Part shown: piece by piece, positions 31,319 to 45,202 of the stretch
How the letters are laid out: every line of letters begins with the position of its first letter
How positions within the stretch are numbered: the first letter of the stretch is position 1
Source of the DNA: Octopus vulgaris
Lineage: Eukaryota
Reading direction: 5' to 3'
Length of the DNA stretch: 64,000 nucleotides
NCBI GenBank assembly: GCA_951406725.2
Contig: OX597815.1
Span: forward strand, 78,988,001 to 79,052,000
The notes under the pieces: generated by a model
What the model was told of the DNA's origin: nothing
Database searches by the model: none
The model's input: only the letters and a program-made list of their open reading frames with translations
Position numbers and translations under genes: made by a program

Positions 31319-32282
31319 ATTTCAGGATGGTCATTTTTTGTTTTTCAACACACACATAAACACACAAACAAACAAACACACACATACACACACATATCTT
31401 TTCTACCCTGCTGAAATATAATAGGAATAAGAGAGGAAAAAGCTTGGTTGTGGTAGGTGAGGCAGAATGAAGACCGACACAAATAGGATATGAAAGAAGA
31501 GGTGAGAAAGGAGAAGACACACTGAAGTATAAAAGCAAACAATGACGGGAGGAGGTGAGACAATCTCTCTCACGCACACACACACTACCACCTACATACA
31601 TACGTAATAAATTACATTTTAAGTTACGAAATCCTGAAATGTTCTCCTGTAATTCTGATATCTGCTCTCAATCAAATATAGACACACTAACATACATAAA
31701 TAGCATGCTGAAGCATTGAAAAAAAAATGGAAATATCTCATGCTATAAAAGTTTAACTTCTTTCTTTTCTGATTCAAACTGAAAGATATATATATGTAAT
31801 TATAAGATCCAAGGATCTAGGTGTAGAAAGTTTGTAAGCTTTCAGCAGTACATGTTGGGTATAAAAAAAATGTTCAGGAAAGATAATTTATTAGCATCCA
31901 AGGTTGTATGCTTTTCCCATATTGAAATCTGATAAGCTTAGCAACTTCAGTTGCTATGAATGCAAATAAAAATCCAAATTGAGAGAGTGAAGCAAGTAAA
32001 ATTCAGGCGATGTATGTTTTCTAGCTGGCAGATTCTCTGATGTAAATAATTACTCAATGAGGGGTACTCCACTAGTTACTCATCAGGCTGAGGATATTGT
32101 AATTATATGAAGGTCAAGTTGAAATCTCAAGTTAACTTGCCAAAGATATAATTTTAAATGTGTGGCAAAGCTGAAAGATCAGAATAGAAAAACTAAATAA
32201 AAAAACACAGACTAAAAAAAAATGTTTGAAAATTTAGGAAACATATGTAGCCTGAATTTTACCTGCTCCACTCCCTCAATTT

Positions 32283-32331
<49 letters not shown>

Positions 32332-32648
32332 CGTTTATGAATTTGTGTTGCAAGATTTCTGATGTGAAGTCATAAGTTGAAACAGATATTGTTGTTTTAT
32401 GGGATGGTCATTTTTTTTTTTTTGCTTAACAAACACATGCACTATATATTCATTTGTTCTTCACTTATTTATTATTGTTCTTATTATAACTAATGTCCAT
32501 TGACCAGAAATCTTTCATCACACATCAGTGACCACCTCAGCAACACTTTCTGTCTTTGTGTGTGCTCTTGCTCTGCTTATTCCATTCTGTTTTTCTATCT
32601 ATGTTAGTGTGTGTGTGATTATTCTCAGTAGCATGATGACCCATCCCC

Positions 32649-33120
32649 TTGCACATAGTGGATGCGAGTATCAAGATCACACTCAAGAGCCACATATTTA
32701 AGTTTAATAATAAGATATACACCCAAGAGAAAGGTGCAGCCATTGGTGTCAGTATCGCTGGTGATGTGGTTAACTTATTCATGGTATGGTGGGTTAGGAG
32801 ACTCAAAGAGAAATTAGCAGAGGGCTCCATAACCCTAATCATGTACTCCTGCTATATGAATGACATCGACATAGTAGCCAAAGCACCCCTACAAGACAAT
32901 GTTGATCTAGGAGCTAATACTATGGAGAGCATCCAACAAATAGCTAACCACATCCACCAGAGTATCAAAGTAATAACACATTACCCTAACAAGCACCCCA
33001 ACTATAAGCTACCAGTTTTAGACACGGAACTCTGGTTAGAAATCAAGAACAATAAGGTCTAGATCTTTCACTCCCATTATACCAAACCCATGGCCTCTAA
33101 TACCTTGTCCACAAGAACAC
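32649..33120 (+). pseudogene. Penelope-like element reverse transcriptase fragment
   Basis: HIFKFNNKIYTQEKGAAIG, degenerate YSCYMNDI (from Y.RYVDDI), KLPVLDTELW, then KPMAS after a frameshift. Confidence 0.8.
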
Positions 33121-34689
33121 AGCCATGACCATCCCGAAATACAATATATATATATGTTTATGAATTTGTTTTGCAAGATTTCTGATGTAAAATTGTGAGA
33201 ATGCACTAAACAGAGTAGGAAGAGATACATGGAATGGAAGAGTCACTGAAGAGAGCACAGGTGTGTGATGAAAAATCTACAGACAATGGGAAATAAAGAT
33301 AAAATAAGAACAATAATAAATGAAGAATGAATATATAGTGCATGTGTTTATTTGGCACGAAAAAAAAATTTATCATCTCAAACTATATATGTGTGTGTGT
33401 GTGTGTGTGTGTAATGAGTGATCAAAGGGAAAGAGAGAGAGAGAGTATGAAACAGCAAAAGTGTAAGAGAGAGTAGAAGAGATGGTGTAGTGCTAGGGTA
33501 TACTCATAGGTAACAAGGATCTGAGCATAGGACCTGGGTAGAAAAATAGGGTGTGGGTGTTGCAGGGGGTGGGATACAGTGAGCAGGGCAGTGAGGACAA
33601 GAAGGGAGATTGGAAAACAATGATAATTATGATGAGAAAATGTAAGGAAGAGAAAGATGCAGTTAGAAGAGGGGTAGTGGTTCGGTTTCTTAGGGTAGAG
33701 TGGGTGAAAAGTGTGTTCATGTGGTTCTGTAAGAGAACTCATAAAGAGGGCCATGATTTCAACTTTTAGGGATGAAATTTCTCAGGAAATTTTGTCAGCA
33801 ATATCATTCACATATGTATCAAAGTAACTAAACTGTGGGCAGGAAATTCCAAAGCCTTTTTCAGTATTCCTTGCCATAAATCATGCATGTGAATAATTTT
33901 TTAATATACATGTTAATCGCTGTCATTTTCCATGGTCCAGACTCACCAGCAATTTAATGAAATATTTAGAGCAATTTTCAATAATTAAATAAAGAGATTT
34001 TCATTGTTTTAACCTCAAAAAATATTAAAACAATTTATATAAAATTCTCCCTTATATTTAGTTCATTTTTTCCATCAAATCCTTCAAAATGTTTTCAATA
34101 AAAGTTTAATTATTTTTACTATACAAGTAAAACAAGTAAATAAATGGAATGTATGTTGTATGTTATGTCAACACATTTATTAAATACCATTTTCAGTTTA
34201 TTTTCAATATACTTATGACATTAATTTTGATGTCATAGGTATATTATTGTAAATAATAACTATATACATTTATAATGAAAGACATTTGTTTAATGTAATT
34301 TTGATATTGAAAGATGACTGGCATCTAATTAGGCAACTTGCAACAACACCAGAGGATACTGTGTCATAGGTTAAAAACCACTTCAATAGGTATTGTTGAG
34401 GAATTTTGAACCAAACAAGAAAGCATCTAGTCATATGACCTGTTAGGTTTAGCGGACAAATCTCCACCAAAGCACACCTTACTGGTCTTCAAAAAGATAG
34501 GTCACACTGAATAATGTGAACCTAGATATATTATGTCTGAAAAAAAAAAAATAATAAGCTAGTCATGACTGGAATACCAGATATAAGGATTAAGGGCTGA
34601 CTTAAGACTGAACAACTACCTGAACTTGATAAATAAAGATGGGAGAAAAAAAAGGCAGGCAGACAGACTGTTATGCTGCACTTCAGAAT

Positions 34690-36600
34690 ATAATTACCTG
34701 CATATTAGTGTTCTCAACTGTGCCAACATTATGTATCTAAAACACTGGGTCTATGGAATAAAGTTATCAACTTTATTACCATCCACAACTGTCTCTGCTC
34801 ATACTACCTCCACTAATGCATTCCCATCTTACTTGTCTCTCCTCCTCCCATCACCCTTATGTCTAATCCTACCCAGGTACTGCACTAATCACAAGGACCA
34901 GTCTTTCTTTTACAGAACATCAGCCTCCTGGAATCCTCTCCATGCTCATACCTTTCCTTACATGTGTTGAGTAACATACTTCTACAATGAGCATTAATAG
35001 ATTATTGACATCGATTTCACCTTTCTAAAAGGGCTTGTGAAAGCCTTGGACATTGCTCCTTCCTTCAAACCAACAAGTATGGACTGACCATGGCTCCATA
35101 ACCATAACAAAAGTATTTGATGACAACTACAACAGTCTAATGCCAACAAATCTAGTTTGCCCAATAGCTGTTTTCAGATCAAGAGATTAAGGGCATTATG
35201 CACTTCTTTGAATAATGGATAAGCATTTTGCTTTTTCCTTCCCAATATTTTTCTTAAATATGTTTAACATATATCAAAATAAAATTACAAGTGTAATCTT
35301 AGATATATTATGTTTGAAAAGAAGACAAGGGGTGTGAAGGGGAAAAGAAGACATAATGGTTACAGCTGGAACAGATCTTCTTAATCAGCACTCACTTGAG
35401 GCTACAAAACAACATAGGAATGTTCACCCTACACTGAAATGCTTATAAAATAACCATTAAGAAAGGATACTTTCATGCAAAAAAGTAGTCAACCAAACCT
35501 CTTGTCTTTTGAATTGTAGCTAACAGAATTTTTATTATTCTCCTACCACTGTGTTTCAACCAAGACAATTTTGTAATACACCTGCAGATTGTAACCACAC
35601 ATGGGACCTGCATACACAGGCAGACAATGAAACTGCACCCCTCTCCAGCAAATCTCTGATATCTCCAATACAACTAAGTGACCAGCCCTGTTATTGTCCC
35701 TTCCATTACTCTCAAACAGTGCACTCCAGAGTTGGCTTTTTTTCTTAAACTCTTTAATCTTTCTGTAAAGGGATTTAGTCTATGGAAACATACAACCAAT
35801 AAGAACCATTCAGATCCCTGCCAGATGCCACTCTATGAACCTCACTTCCAACATTTCAAAGGTGAAGGAAACAGTTATCACCAATCACCACTTTCATTCT
35901 TCTCTCAGTAACCCCCTGTACAGTTTTGTATAGGCAAGTCTACAAGAAACTTACTCCTACACTTGACAGCCAGCTTCAAAGGACGTAATGTCGTTTTCCT
36001 TTATGTGAGCAAAACCATCAACCATATATAGTGTGAGAACAACCTAGTTAAGATAGCAAATTCTAGCTAATGTTAAATCATCCATCTCTCTTATATCTTG
36101 GATCAGAAGTTTTTTATCAGCTAACTTCATCACATCAGTTTGTATCTCACTGTTTAACTATCTTTCCACACACTTCCTTTCTATACACTAACTATTTTCT
36201 GTTTTATCCACATATTCCTATTCAGATAACACCACCCTTCAACCTTAATCTACCACATACAGATGCCATATACATGCACCAGACTTCACATCAGACTTGC
36301 ATTCCTATGTACAAAGACTTCTTCATGATACAGTCATTAAAAACATCAGAGAGAAAAAGTCTTGCACTAAATAACATCAATAAAATGGTATAAAATTCTA
36401 TGTCTCAAAATAACAAAAGAACTTTTGAAAGGCCAGGGACTGACCTTTCCAAAAACTAGAATGCACTCCATATTGGAGCACTGTACACATATTTGAGACA
36501 GTGCTGCTATTACAAAACTACAAACATTCTAGACCATATAAAAGAGGCTATCCAGCTAATTAGCAAAGATTCACTCACCATAGTACTATACCCACAGGAT
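34690..36600 (+). mobile_element. Heavily decayed CR1/Jockey-like LINE remnants
   Basis: FFYRTSASWNPL (3' end motif) and LKQCTPELAFFLKLFNLS; boundaries vague. Confidence 0.45.
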
Positions 36601-37558
36601 TATGGATGTGCTACTTTATCTCTCTGCATTTTCATCTGCAACTACATTGGTTGAATGTAGCAAAGTACATACAATAACAACAAGCATTTTAAAATAATTT
36701 CCCTACTCAATCATGGGTTAACTATGTGGACCACATGATAGTCTTCTCTATTTTGTCCTATCTTATACTTGCCTCCACACCAACCCCCTTGCTCTCATTT
36801 CCTTCTCCATCATCTTTAACCCTGTAATCTTAGTCTTTCTTTTCTTCTACTTCCTTTTACATTCATTTCTATCACTCCCCCTATTCTTCCTCAGCATATG
36901 ACCCAGCTATCTCATCCAATTTCTTTTCACAACATTCATCAGTGGCTTTACTCCTACCATACTCTGCAATTCATTGTTTGTCTTCCTCTTACTCAATGAT
37001 ATTTCCACTCATCCAGTGAACCATTTTCATTCTGCTCTTTGTAGCCTTATCTGCTGCCCTGTACTTTTTACCCATGTCTTACTCCAAGAAAGCTTAGCAC
37101 TTCTTATACATGCAGCTTATACCGTACCCTTCAGTGTCATTAACACTTTCCTCCTCAGTAGCACACTGCTTAGTTCATGGAATTTTCACTTTAGCCACCA
37201 CTGCCAAGCCTGATCCATTCAACATGTCTCCTAGACAACAAAATATTGTGCCACCTTCCATTTCATGTACTTTCCAAGATCCAACTCAAAATTCTCTCCA
37301 TCCACAGCACCTACTATATATAGCCCACACTAAAATGTAATTGTCACGTTAGTTAATAACCGTCTCAAATCACAAAATTTTTGATGAACTCAAGTTAAAT
37401 ACCTCTGACATAATTTTTCACAACTTTTAGTTCAGGAGCATTATGACATACTTTAGTTGGAGGTTGGTAGCCAGTCATTTGATATAAAAACGGATATGTG
37501 CTTTGTATACTGAAGTTGAATGTTACAGCTGAATAAAACAACTTGATTCTCAGTAACT

Positions 37559-37795
37559 ACTTCTTATTTCTTTATTGCCCACAAGGGGCTAAACATTGAG
37601 GGAACAAACAAGGATAGACAAAGGGATTAAGTTGATTACATCAACCCCAGTGCGTAACTGGTACTTAATTTGTCGACTCCGAAAAGATGAGAGGCAAAGT
37701 CGACCTCGGCGGAATTTGAACTCAGAACGTAACGGCAGACAAAATACCGCTAAGCATTTCGCCCGCCATGCGAACGTTTCTGCCAGTTTGCTGCC
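37559..37795 (-). mobile_element. Young tRNA-derived SINE (Nin/Deu-like core) with 12-bp TSD
   Basis: A-box-like TGGCAGAAACG, B-box-like GAGTTCAAATT, core GAGGTCGACTTTGCC; TSD ttctcagtaact at 37547-37558 and 37796-37807; CpGs largely intact. Confidence 0.85.
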
Positions 37796-38239
37796 TTCTC
37801 AGTAACTGTTTCTTATCACATCAATTTATTCAGCTAAAATAAATTAACCTACAGACAAAGATACATTTACCATGACCACTCTGTTTGTCCAGAAATTAAA
37901 CAAAACTTGCCACAAAACTTTGAATGTGATAGTAAAAAATTCTTACTCTATCTTTGTTAATCCAACAAACATCAATCATAGAAATTCAAAGAAAGAAAGA
38001 AAGAGAGAGAGAGCTTGCAAAGGACATCAGTACTATTAATTTTTGATGTAAAATTTTTTAAAACATAAAATGTATTGAGAAAATGGCATATAAAAGATTA
38101 TGAGATAAAGATTGGGCTGTGGTAGTGAGATAAAGACAAGTAGAGATGCAGCAAGATAGAGATAGAAAAAGATAAAGACTTGTGGAGATGTAGTTACATA
38201 TAGACAACAATGTAAAAGAGAATGTAAAATTGAACTTAC

Positions 38240-39007
38240 TTTGTCCTGAGCATCTGAAATAGGCACTTGAAGAACACCTGAGAACCTTTCAACAGTTTTG
38301 TCCCATGAAAATGCAGATATTGCAAGCAGCATGCCAAAACTGAAAGTTCTCCAAAAGGCCATCCAACTGCTTACATGACCATTTTTTTTAGTATTTCCAG
38401 TCCCGTTTTCAACGGGTTTTGTCCATGGTAATATATCCTGCTGATTTTTCAAAGGTGGGTATCTACAGACATAGACAGCCATTCCTATACACAAAGCAGT
38501 ACCACCGCTTATATCACAGACAGAATCCACCAGGTAACCTAACGATGAACGGTGAGATTTGTAGATATGGCCAGCACCAACATGTGCTCTATAGACAACA
38601 CCATCAAAGGCATCAAGGAAGCAACGAAACTGGTAGATAAGAACACCCATTCGACGGTTATAGAGAGAGTCCGAAGCTATCAGCTTGCCAGCAATAATAG
38701 CAATGAAAACGTGGGAAAAACTAATCATATTTGGGGTAATAAAGTAAAAGACATGACTGAATTGTGTGATTTCATCAAAGTATTCAGCAACAGGAGAGAG
38801 AATGTAGTGATCAACAGGATCTGTCATTAACAGTTTCACTGTAAGTGGCCGGAAAGGGGAAAAACTGCCGTTTTTCTTCTCATTTAGAACAGACTTTTGA
38901 AGTGTGATGTACAAAATTATATCCATAATTCCAAAATAAACAAAGATAATAAAGCTGAATAAATATAATCCATTTTTGTCTTTGCGCAGTGCTTGTAATG
39001 AAACCAT
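38240..39007 (-). CDS. Cpes: Ceramide phosphoethanolamine synthase-like CDP-alcohol phosphotransferase, first coding exon (256 aa)
   Basis: ITPNMIS and the motif LDAFDGVVYR...GYLVDSVCD (DxxDGxxxR...GxxxDxxxD); several TM helices; ATG in aaaATGg context; donor AAA|gtaagt at 38240/38239; acceptor ttcttttgcag at 39089, so the exon starts at 39088. Confidence 0.92.
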
Positions 39008-39061
39008 TTTGACAGATGTGTAAGTGGCTGTTCAAGACAATTTTAGCAGGATACAGAAGTA

Positions 39062-39070
39062 CTACGCCAT
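39062..39070 (-). promoter_or_regulatory. Minimal uORF ATG GCG TAG in the CPES 5' UTR
   Basis: Lies between the acceptor (39088) and the main ATG (39007). Confidence 0.6.
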
Positions 39071-39624
39071 TTGAAAACTGGTTGGTATCTGCAAAAGAAG
39101 AAACAAAGTCAATAATCGGTTAATAGCAAAATGCAACTAAACAAATTATTTCAAAAGATGACAAAAATTTTTTAAATAAGATCGATTTATTGTTTGACAC
39201 AAACCAAACTGCTATTTATTTCTTAAAAGAATTTCATCAAGATCTTAATATTTTCCAATTTTACTCAACTTGATAAATTACAAAAAGAGAAAAAGAAAAA
39301 AGAAAAATTATTAAAAAAAAACTGCTTTTGGCTTTTTTTCCTATAATACCAATAAACTTATCTTGATCTGTTACATAATAGGCCATAGGCTACTAAAGTT
39401 GATGTTAAATTAAATTAAATTAGCATGAAGGAAACTGAGGTCAGCCTTCATCATAGTTTTCCTGGGTCTCCCTCTTAAGCAAGTTCCAACCACATTAAGT
39501 ACACTTCTCTATACAGGTATCCTCAAGGAAAAGAAAAAAGTATAGGGATAGTACAACTGTGGACCAGAAGATGGAATGCATTAGAAAGTTGTTTCATGCT
39601 AATTAGTTATATGACCATTTTTCC

Positions 39625-40030
39625 ATTGCAGTCTAGAATGTCTGAGTGTAAACAGCAACATTGTCCAATATGTAGGAGCAGCACTCCACAGTGGATCTCT
39701 TACTTGCAAGGGTGAAAGGGTATTTCCTAGGCAAGGGGTGTGAAGTATTTTCTGGCTCTGAAGAGAAAGGTCAGGTTTTGCGATGTAATCATTGCTGTTG
39801 GGGGAGATGAGATTGTGAGGAGATATACTCCAATGATGGTAAGGCCTAAAATTTATAGTGATTTTAGAAAAGTGGGTGAAGATAGTGGAGCTGGGTAGGA
39901 ATTAGTGGGGCAGAGGTGTCAGGAGTGAGTGGGGAAGAAGGAGATATCTGATAGTGTGCTGCAATAGAAGGTACATAATAGTAACAGAGAAAACAAACCA
40001 ACTTTGTAGTTGTGTGCCTTAAAGTGTGTA
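39625..40030 (-). mobile_element. Decayed CR1/Jockey-like LINE remnant
   Basis: Minus strand LFRARKYFTP ... QVR ... VECCSYI, resembling the YK..VR..LEYC..IW motif. Confidence 0.45.
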
Positions 40031-41019
40031 TTATTTTGTGTCACATGTACTGAAATAGTCCCCTGTGGGAAGATCAAAAAGTTTCTTCTACCTTATTTGA
40101 AGTTACTGCATGCCTAGATGATTAGCCTGCAATGCAACTTGTAGAGCCTATGTCTCACTTGTTCTTGTACAACACACACATACGCCTGTGTGTGTGCATG
40201 CATGTGACAGACTTCTAAATAGTTTTTCCATTTGAAATTCAACCTACTAAGTACTTTGTCAACCTAAGAAAGATGGTAGAAGATGCTTGCCAAAGGTTCC
40301 ACGCAGTTATATAGAACCCAGGACCATGTGGTTACTGAGTGAGTGTGTTGACACCAGAGAGCCACAATGCTGTAGTGTAAAGCTAAACAACCTCAGCTAC
40401 ATTGACACCTTATATTTGTCAAATTCAATATAAGGTGCAGTAGTCATTTCTATGGATGCAGCACAGAAACAGTATTGCAGTAAGCACTCAGATATAGACA
40501 AAGAAAATAGTACAATAGTCGGAATACATCAGACATATGTTGACAATGGAGTTTTAACACATTATTCTGCCAATAGTAATAAAATGTTTTGTGTTGTGAC
40601 TTGTTATTCTTTGTGTTCTTTCAAATGCCAGTATTTGCAAACTTTACAATTCAACTGTCCACAACAAAAGGTTACGTTGATCCACAGAGGAATAGGTGGT
40701 GGCAAATTATGTAAAGGCTTTGCTGCTTTGTGACATAATCAATGAACTATTGAAAGTTAGAAGTGAATGGCTGCTAAAAGAACTAAGGATGTAGTAACAG
40801 CAGTTTCATAAGTTGATTGAGATTGTAATATTATTCTTGAAAGGAAGTTATTCTTTGCTCATTTGTTTTTAACGTTCATTTTCCTATGCTAGCATGGCTT
40901 AGATATATGTTGAGGCATTGTTTTCAGTTGGATGCCTTTCCTGTTGCTAACCTATGCTTGTTTTTCTAGTAAGGGATCTCTTACTACAGGTGCAAAATAA
41001 ATTTTCATCACTTTCTCAA

Positions 41020-42440
41020 GCTGTTCTTTTCCATCCTCTCTCAGAGTGAAAGGTAGGTTGTATGATGCTTGTGTGAGAACAGCTATGTTACATGGTAGTG
41101 AGACATGGGCCCTGACTGCAGAGGACATGTGTAGGTTGGAGAGGAATGAAGGTAGTATGATCCATTAGATTTGCAACATCAGTGTACATGATCGACAAAG
41201 TACAACTGTGTTGAGAGAAAAGTTAGGCATAAGCAGGATTAAATGTGGTATGCAGGAGAGGAGACTGTGTTGGTTTGGACATGTGATGCATGAGTGAAAA
41301 CAGCTGTATAAAGAAGTGCCAGTTGCTGAAAGTGGATGGTACCTGTGGAAGAGGGAGAGTCAGGAAGAAATGGGATGAAGTGGTGAGGACTGACCTTAGG
41401 ATGTTGGGGCTCACGGTAGAAAAGATGGTAGACCAAGATGTTTGGCAATATGAGGTCTTAGGGAAGACCCATCCAAGAAATTGAGTGCTAGAAGAGTTGT
41501 GTCCCACCCACATGTAACAATACACTTTCCACCCTAAGAAATCAAATTGCAACTCTTTTCTCTTCCGTACATTTCCTCCTCATACATTGTGATTGTTTTC
41601 CAATCCCCTTTCTTGCCCTCACTATATCACTGTTCCCTACACAACCCACCACACACACCCTATTTTTCTAACCAGGTTCTATGCTCATATTTTTGTTACT
41701 TGTGAGTATATCCTAGCACTACACCATCTCTCTTCTGATCTCTCTTACACGTTTGCTGTTTCCTATTCTTTCTCTCCCACCTCTCTCTCTTTCTTTCCCT
41801 CTGATCACTCTCTCCTCTCTCCTTTTAATCACTCATTCTCTCCTTATCTTGTTTTTCCTTTGACTAGGTAACTAAGTATCACCTTTACATCAGCACACTT
41901 GTTTCTGGTCTCTTTCTGTACCTCTCTCTCTCACAGGGTAACCATGTACCTCCTCTATAGCAAGACACGAATTTCTCTGTTACACTCTAACCTTTCATCA
42001 TTTGATACTGGATCACCTCTAATGATCCCCTCTGTTGTGGCAAGACACCTATTTTTGTCTCTTAGTCACACTCTAACCTTTCATCCTCTGACACAAATGC
42101 TCTGTCCCTCTCATAATTCCTTGTCTTGTGAGGTGCTTGGTTACCCTGCTAGTGCTGGTGTCACATTAAAAGCATCCAGTCCACACTGTAACATGGTTGG
42201 CATCTGGAAGGGCATCCAGCAGTAAAAATCTTGCCAAGACTAACTTTGCCTACGCTAGTGCCAAGTGAAAAGCACTGAATCCACTCTGCAGAGTGGTTGG
42301 TGTTAGAAAGGGCATCCAGCCATAAAATACTTGTCAAAACAGACATAGTAACCTTGGGTAGATTTTCTACCTGGCCAGCTCGTCAGCCATCCTACTCATG
42401 CATGGAAGATAGATGGACATTAAATGATGATGATGATGAT
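41020..42440 (+). mobile_element. 3' portion of an older RTE LINE with CT-rich 3' UTR and (ATG)n tail
   Basis: LSLRVKGRLYDACVRTAMLHGSETWAL and GRGRVRKKW. The UTR segment ~41560-41790 recurs inverted at ~33425-33750. Confidence 0.8.
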
Positions 42441-42639
42441 ATATAACAACAACAGTACACATATTTTATGAGTATTGCATATTTTATGCAGAGTGTAAAT
42501 GTAAATAGACACATATACACATGAAGAGGATCTTAGTTTTGCAAGCTGCATGGCAACCAAACTCGTGCTGGTGCCTTTTGAATCCTGACAAACCATCCAA
42601 CCCATGCCAACATAAAAGATGGACATAAAAAGGTGATGA

Positions 42640-42864
42640 TATATTTCTTTTACTTGTTTCAGTTATTTTACTGTGGCTATGCTGGTGCACCGCCTTAAAG
42701 GGTTTTTAGTTGAAGAAATTAACCCAAGGACTTATTCTTTGTAAGCCTAGTACTTATTCTGTCAGTCTCTTTTGCCAAACTGCTAAGTTATGGACATACA
42801 AACACACCAACATCAGTTTTCAAGTGATGGTGGGGGGATAAAGATATAAACACACACACACACA

Positions 42865-42915
<51 letters not shown>

Positions 42916-44199
42916 GTGTTGGACAAAATAATGGAAACATGTCAAAATTTCAAACAAATTTATTTTAATATGGTGTTGGACCACCTTTGGCAGTAATTAC
43001 AGCTTGAATTCTACGAGGTATGGACTTGTACAAAGTTTGAATTATTTCCAAAGGAATTTTTGTCCATTCTTCAGCTTAAACAGTCTCCAGTTCTTGTAGT
43101 GATGATGGTGGAGGATATTGACTCCTTACTTGTTCTTCTAAAATGCACCATAATTTTTTTTTTTTTTTATGTTCAATAATATTGAGATCTGGGGACTGTG
43201 ATGGCCAGATAAGATGTTCAACTTCACTAGAATGTTCTTCGTGCCATTCACTAACAACTTTAGCTGTGTGAATTGGTGTATTATGATCCTGAAAGATTGT
43301 GCTTCCCTACAGAAACAGTTCTGCAACCATAGGATCAATTTGATCAGGTAAAATGCTTAAATAGTCTTGACTATTAATTCTACCATGAAGGGAAGCCATT
43401 GGGCCAGTGGATTTCCAAGATATAGCCCCTCAGATCATCACAGATCCTCCTCCATGTTTAACAGTTGGAAGAAGGCAATCTGGGTCAAATGCTTCTTTTG
43501 GCCATCTCCACACGTATACTCGGCTGGTGGTCAGAAATAAGTTAAAGGATGACTTGTCCATGAAAATAACATTCTTCCACTGCTCTAGGCACCAATTCTG
43601 TAAGTTTTTTACTCCACTGTAAATGCTTTGCAACATTTGTTTTTGAAAGTAGTGGTTTTCTGATTGCAGCCCTCCCATGAAATCTGGCTTTGTGCAGCTC
43701 CTGGTGAACAGTTTTTGTGAAAACTGGGTTCTCGAGGTAGTAATTAAGCTCTTCAGTAATTTTTGGAGCTGTACTTTTGTGATCCTTTCTAACAATTCCC
43801 TTAAGAGTCCAACGGTCCCTATCTGAAAGTTTTGGTTTTCTTCTGGAGTTTTGTTTCAACGAGGAGCTTTTTCACTCTTTCTCAAAGGTTGTCATTACTT
43901 TTGAGACAGTAGTTCTTGATACACCAAACATTTCGGCTGTTTTTGTTTTGCTAGCACCTGCCACATGAGCACCAACAATTTGACCGCTTTGAATGTAAAA
44001 AAGATCTGTCATTTTAATGAATTTTAACTACCCTTTTCTGATGATATCTGAAAAGAAACAGTAATTTTAGCAAAACATTTTAAGCAACACTAATAATAAA
44101 TCAAAAAACATAAAAATAAACAAGCTTTTGACAGTTTTATAGATATTTCAAAATTATGATGCTATGATGCTAGTTGTTTCCATTATTTTTGTCCAACCC

Positions 44200-44243
<44 letters not shown>

Positions 44244-44410
44244 ACATACAACAGTATTCTGTCAGTTACTATCTACCAAATCCATTCACAAGGCTTTGGT
44301 TGGCCTGAGGCTATAGTAGAAGACACTTGTCCAAGATGCCACATAGTGGGACCGAACCCAGCACCATGTGATTGGGAAGCAAGCTTTGTACCGCACAGCC
44401 ATGCCTGTGC
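42640..44410 (-). mobile_element. SINE split by the Tc1 insertion within its internal TA microsatellite
   Basis: 42640-42870 and 44230-44410 match the two halves of the SINE at 28430-28822. Confidence 0.75.
42913..44202 (-). mobile_element. Tc1-like DNA transposon, full length, transposase pseudogenised (~44012-42965)
   Basis: TIRs caggtgttggacaaaataatggaaac / gtttccattatttttgtccaacccctg flanked by (TA)n; motifs RKPKLSDRDR, WKNVIFMDKSSF, TVKHGGGSVMI, PQSPDLNII, GGPTPY*; frameshifts present. Confidence 0.95.
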
Positions 44411-44954
44411 CTGTATACACACATACACATGTATGTATGTAAGCAAAATGGATTAAACTAAAAAAGAAGTTGAAGGGCTGAATAATTTAATTATGGCAGC
44501 AATTAAAAAGCTATGGCTTCACAAAACAAGTATATCCGATAATGATTACATTCAAAATAATACTTTATGCAGTTACTATAAACAATATGACATAAGGAAT
44601 ATTTCTCTAGTTAAAAGCAAAACAATTCTGATATGCAAATTTATTAAAATTTACAAAAGGTTAGAAAAAAAAAGTTAAACTCCTCGGGAAACAAATTGTT
44701 GGGCTGAAATCTAGTTAAAACAGATTTAAGTTCACAAATAAAAAGTAATTAAAAAAGCCATGAATAAAAATTAAAGTAACTGGTATCATTAACGAAGACA
44801 TGGTTTAGTAAAATTCTCCAGTCTGTCTAATAATAATAAAAAAATACAAAAAAAAAAAACAACCTAAGACACCTACAATCGCTAACTTAATATCCATAGC
44901 ATTTAAAAAAAGATAATTTCAAATAATTTAACCGTCAGAACGCTGTTTCTGAAA

Positions 44955-45202
44955 ATGCCGGTGGCACGTAAAAAGCACCATCAGACCGTGGCCGTTTGCC
45001 AGCCCTGTCTGCCACCTGTGCTGGTGGCATGTAAAAAGCACCCACTACACTCACGGAGTGGTTGGCGTTAGGAAGGGCATCCAGCCATAGAAACATTGCC
45101 AGATCAGACTGGGCCTGGTGCAGCCTTCTGGCCTCCCAGACCCCAGTTGAACCGTTCAACCCATGGTAGCATGGAAAGCGGACGCTAAATGATGATGATG
45201 AT
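44955..45202 (+). mobile_element. SINE/RTE-tail repeat with (ATG)n end
   Basis: Same family as 8540-8921, 26316-26617 and 63665-63939. Confidence 0.8.

Noticed and set aside
37559-37795. Possible tRNA gene (A/B boxes)
   Set aside because: No cloverleaf; it is the tRNA-derived head of a multi-copy SINE with a TSD.
38036-38239. C-terminal 67 aa of the 323-aa ORF
   Set aside because: Read-through into the intron past the gtaagt donor at 38239; the real C-terminus lies in downstream exons.
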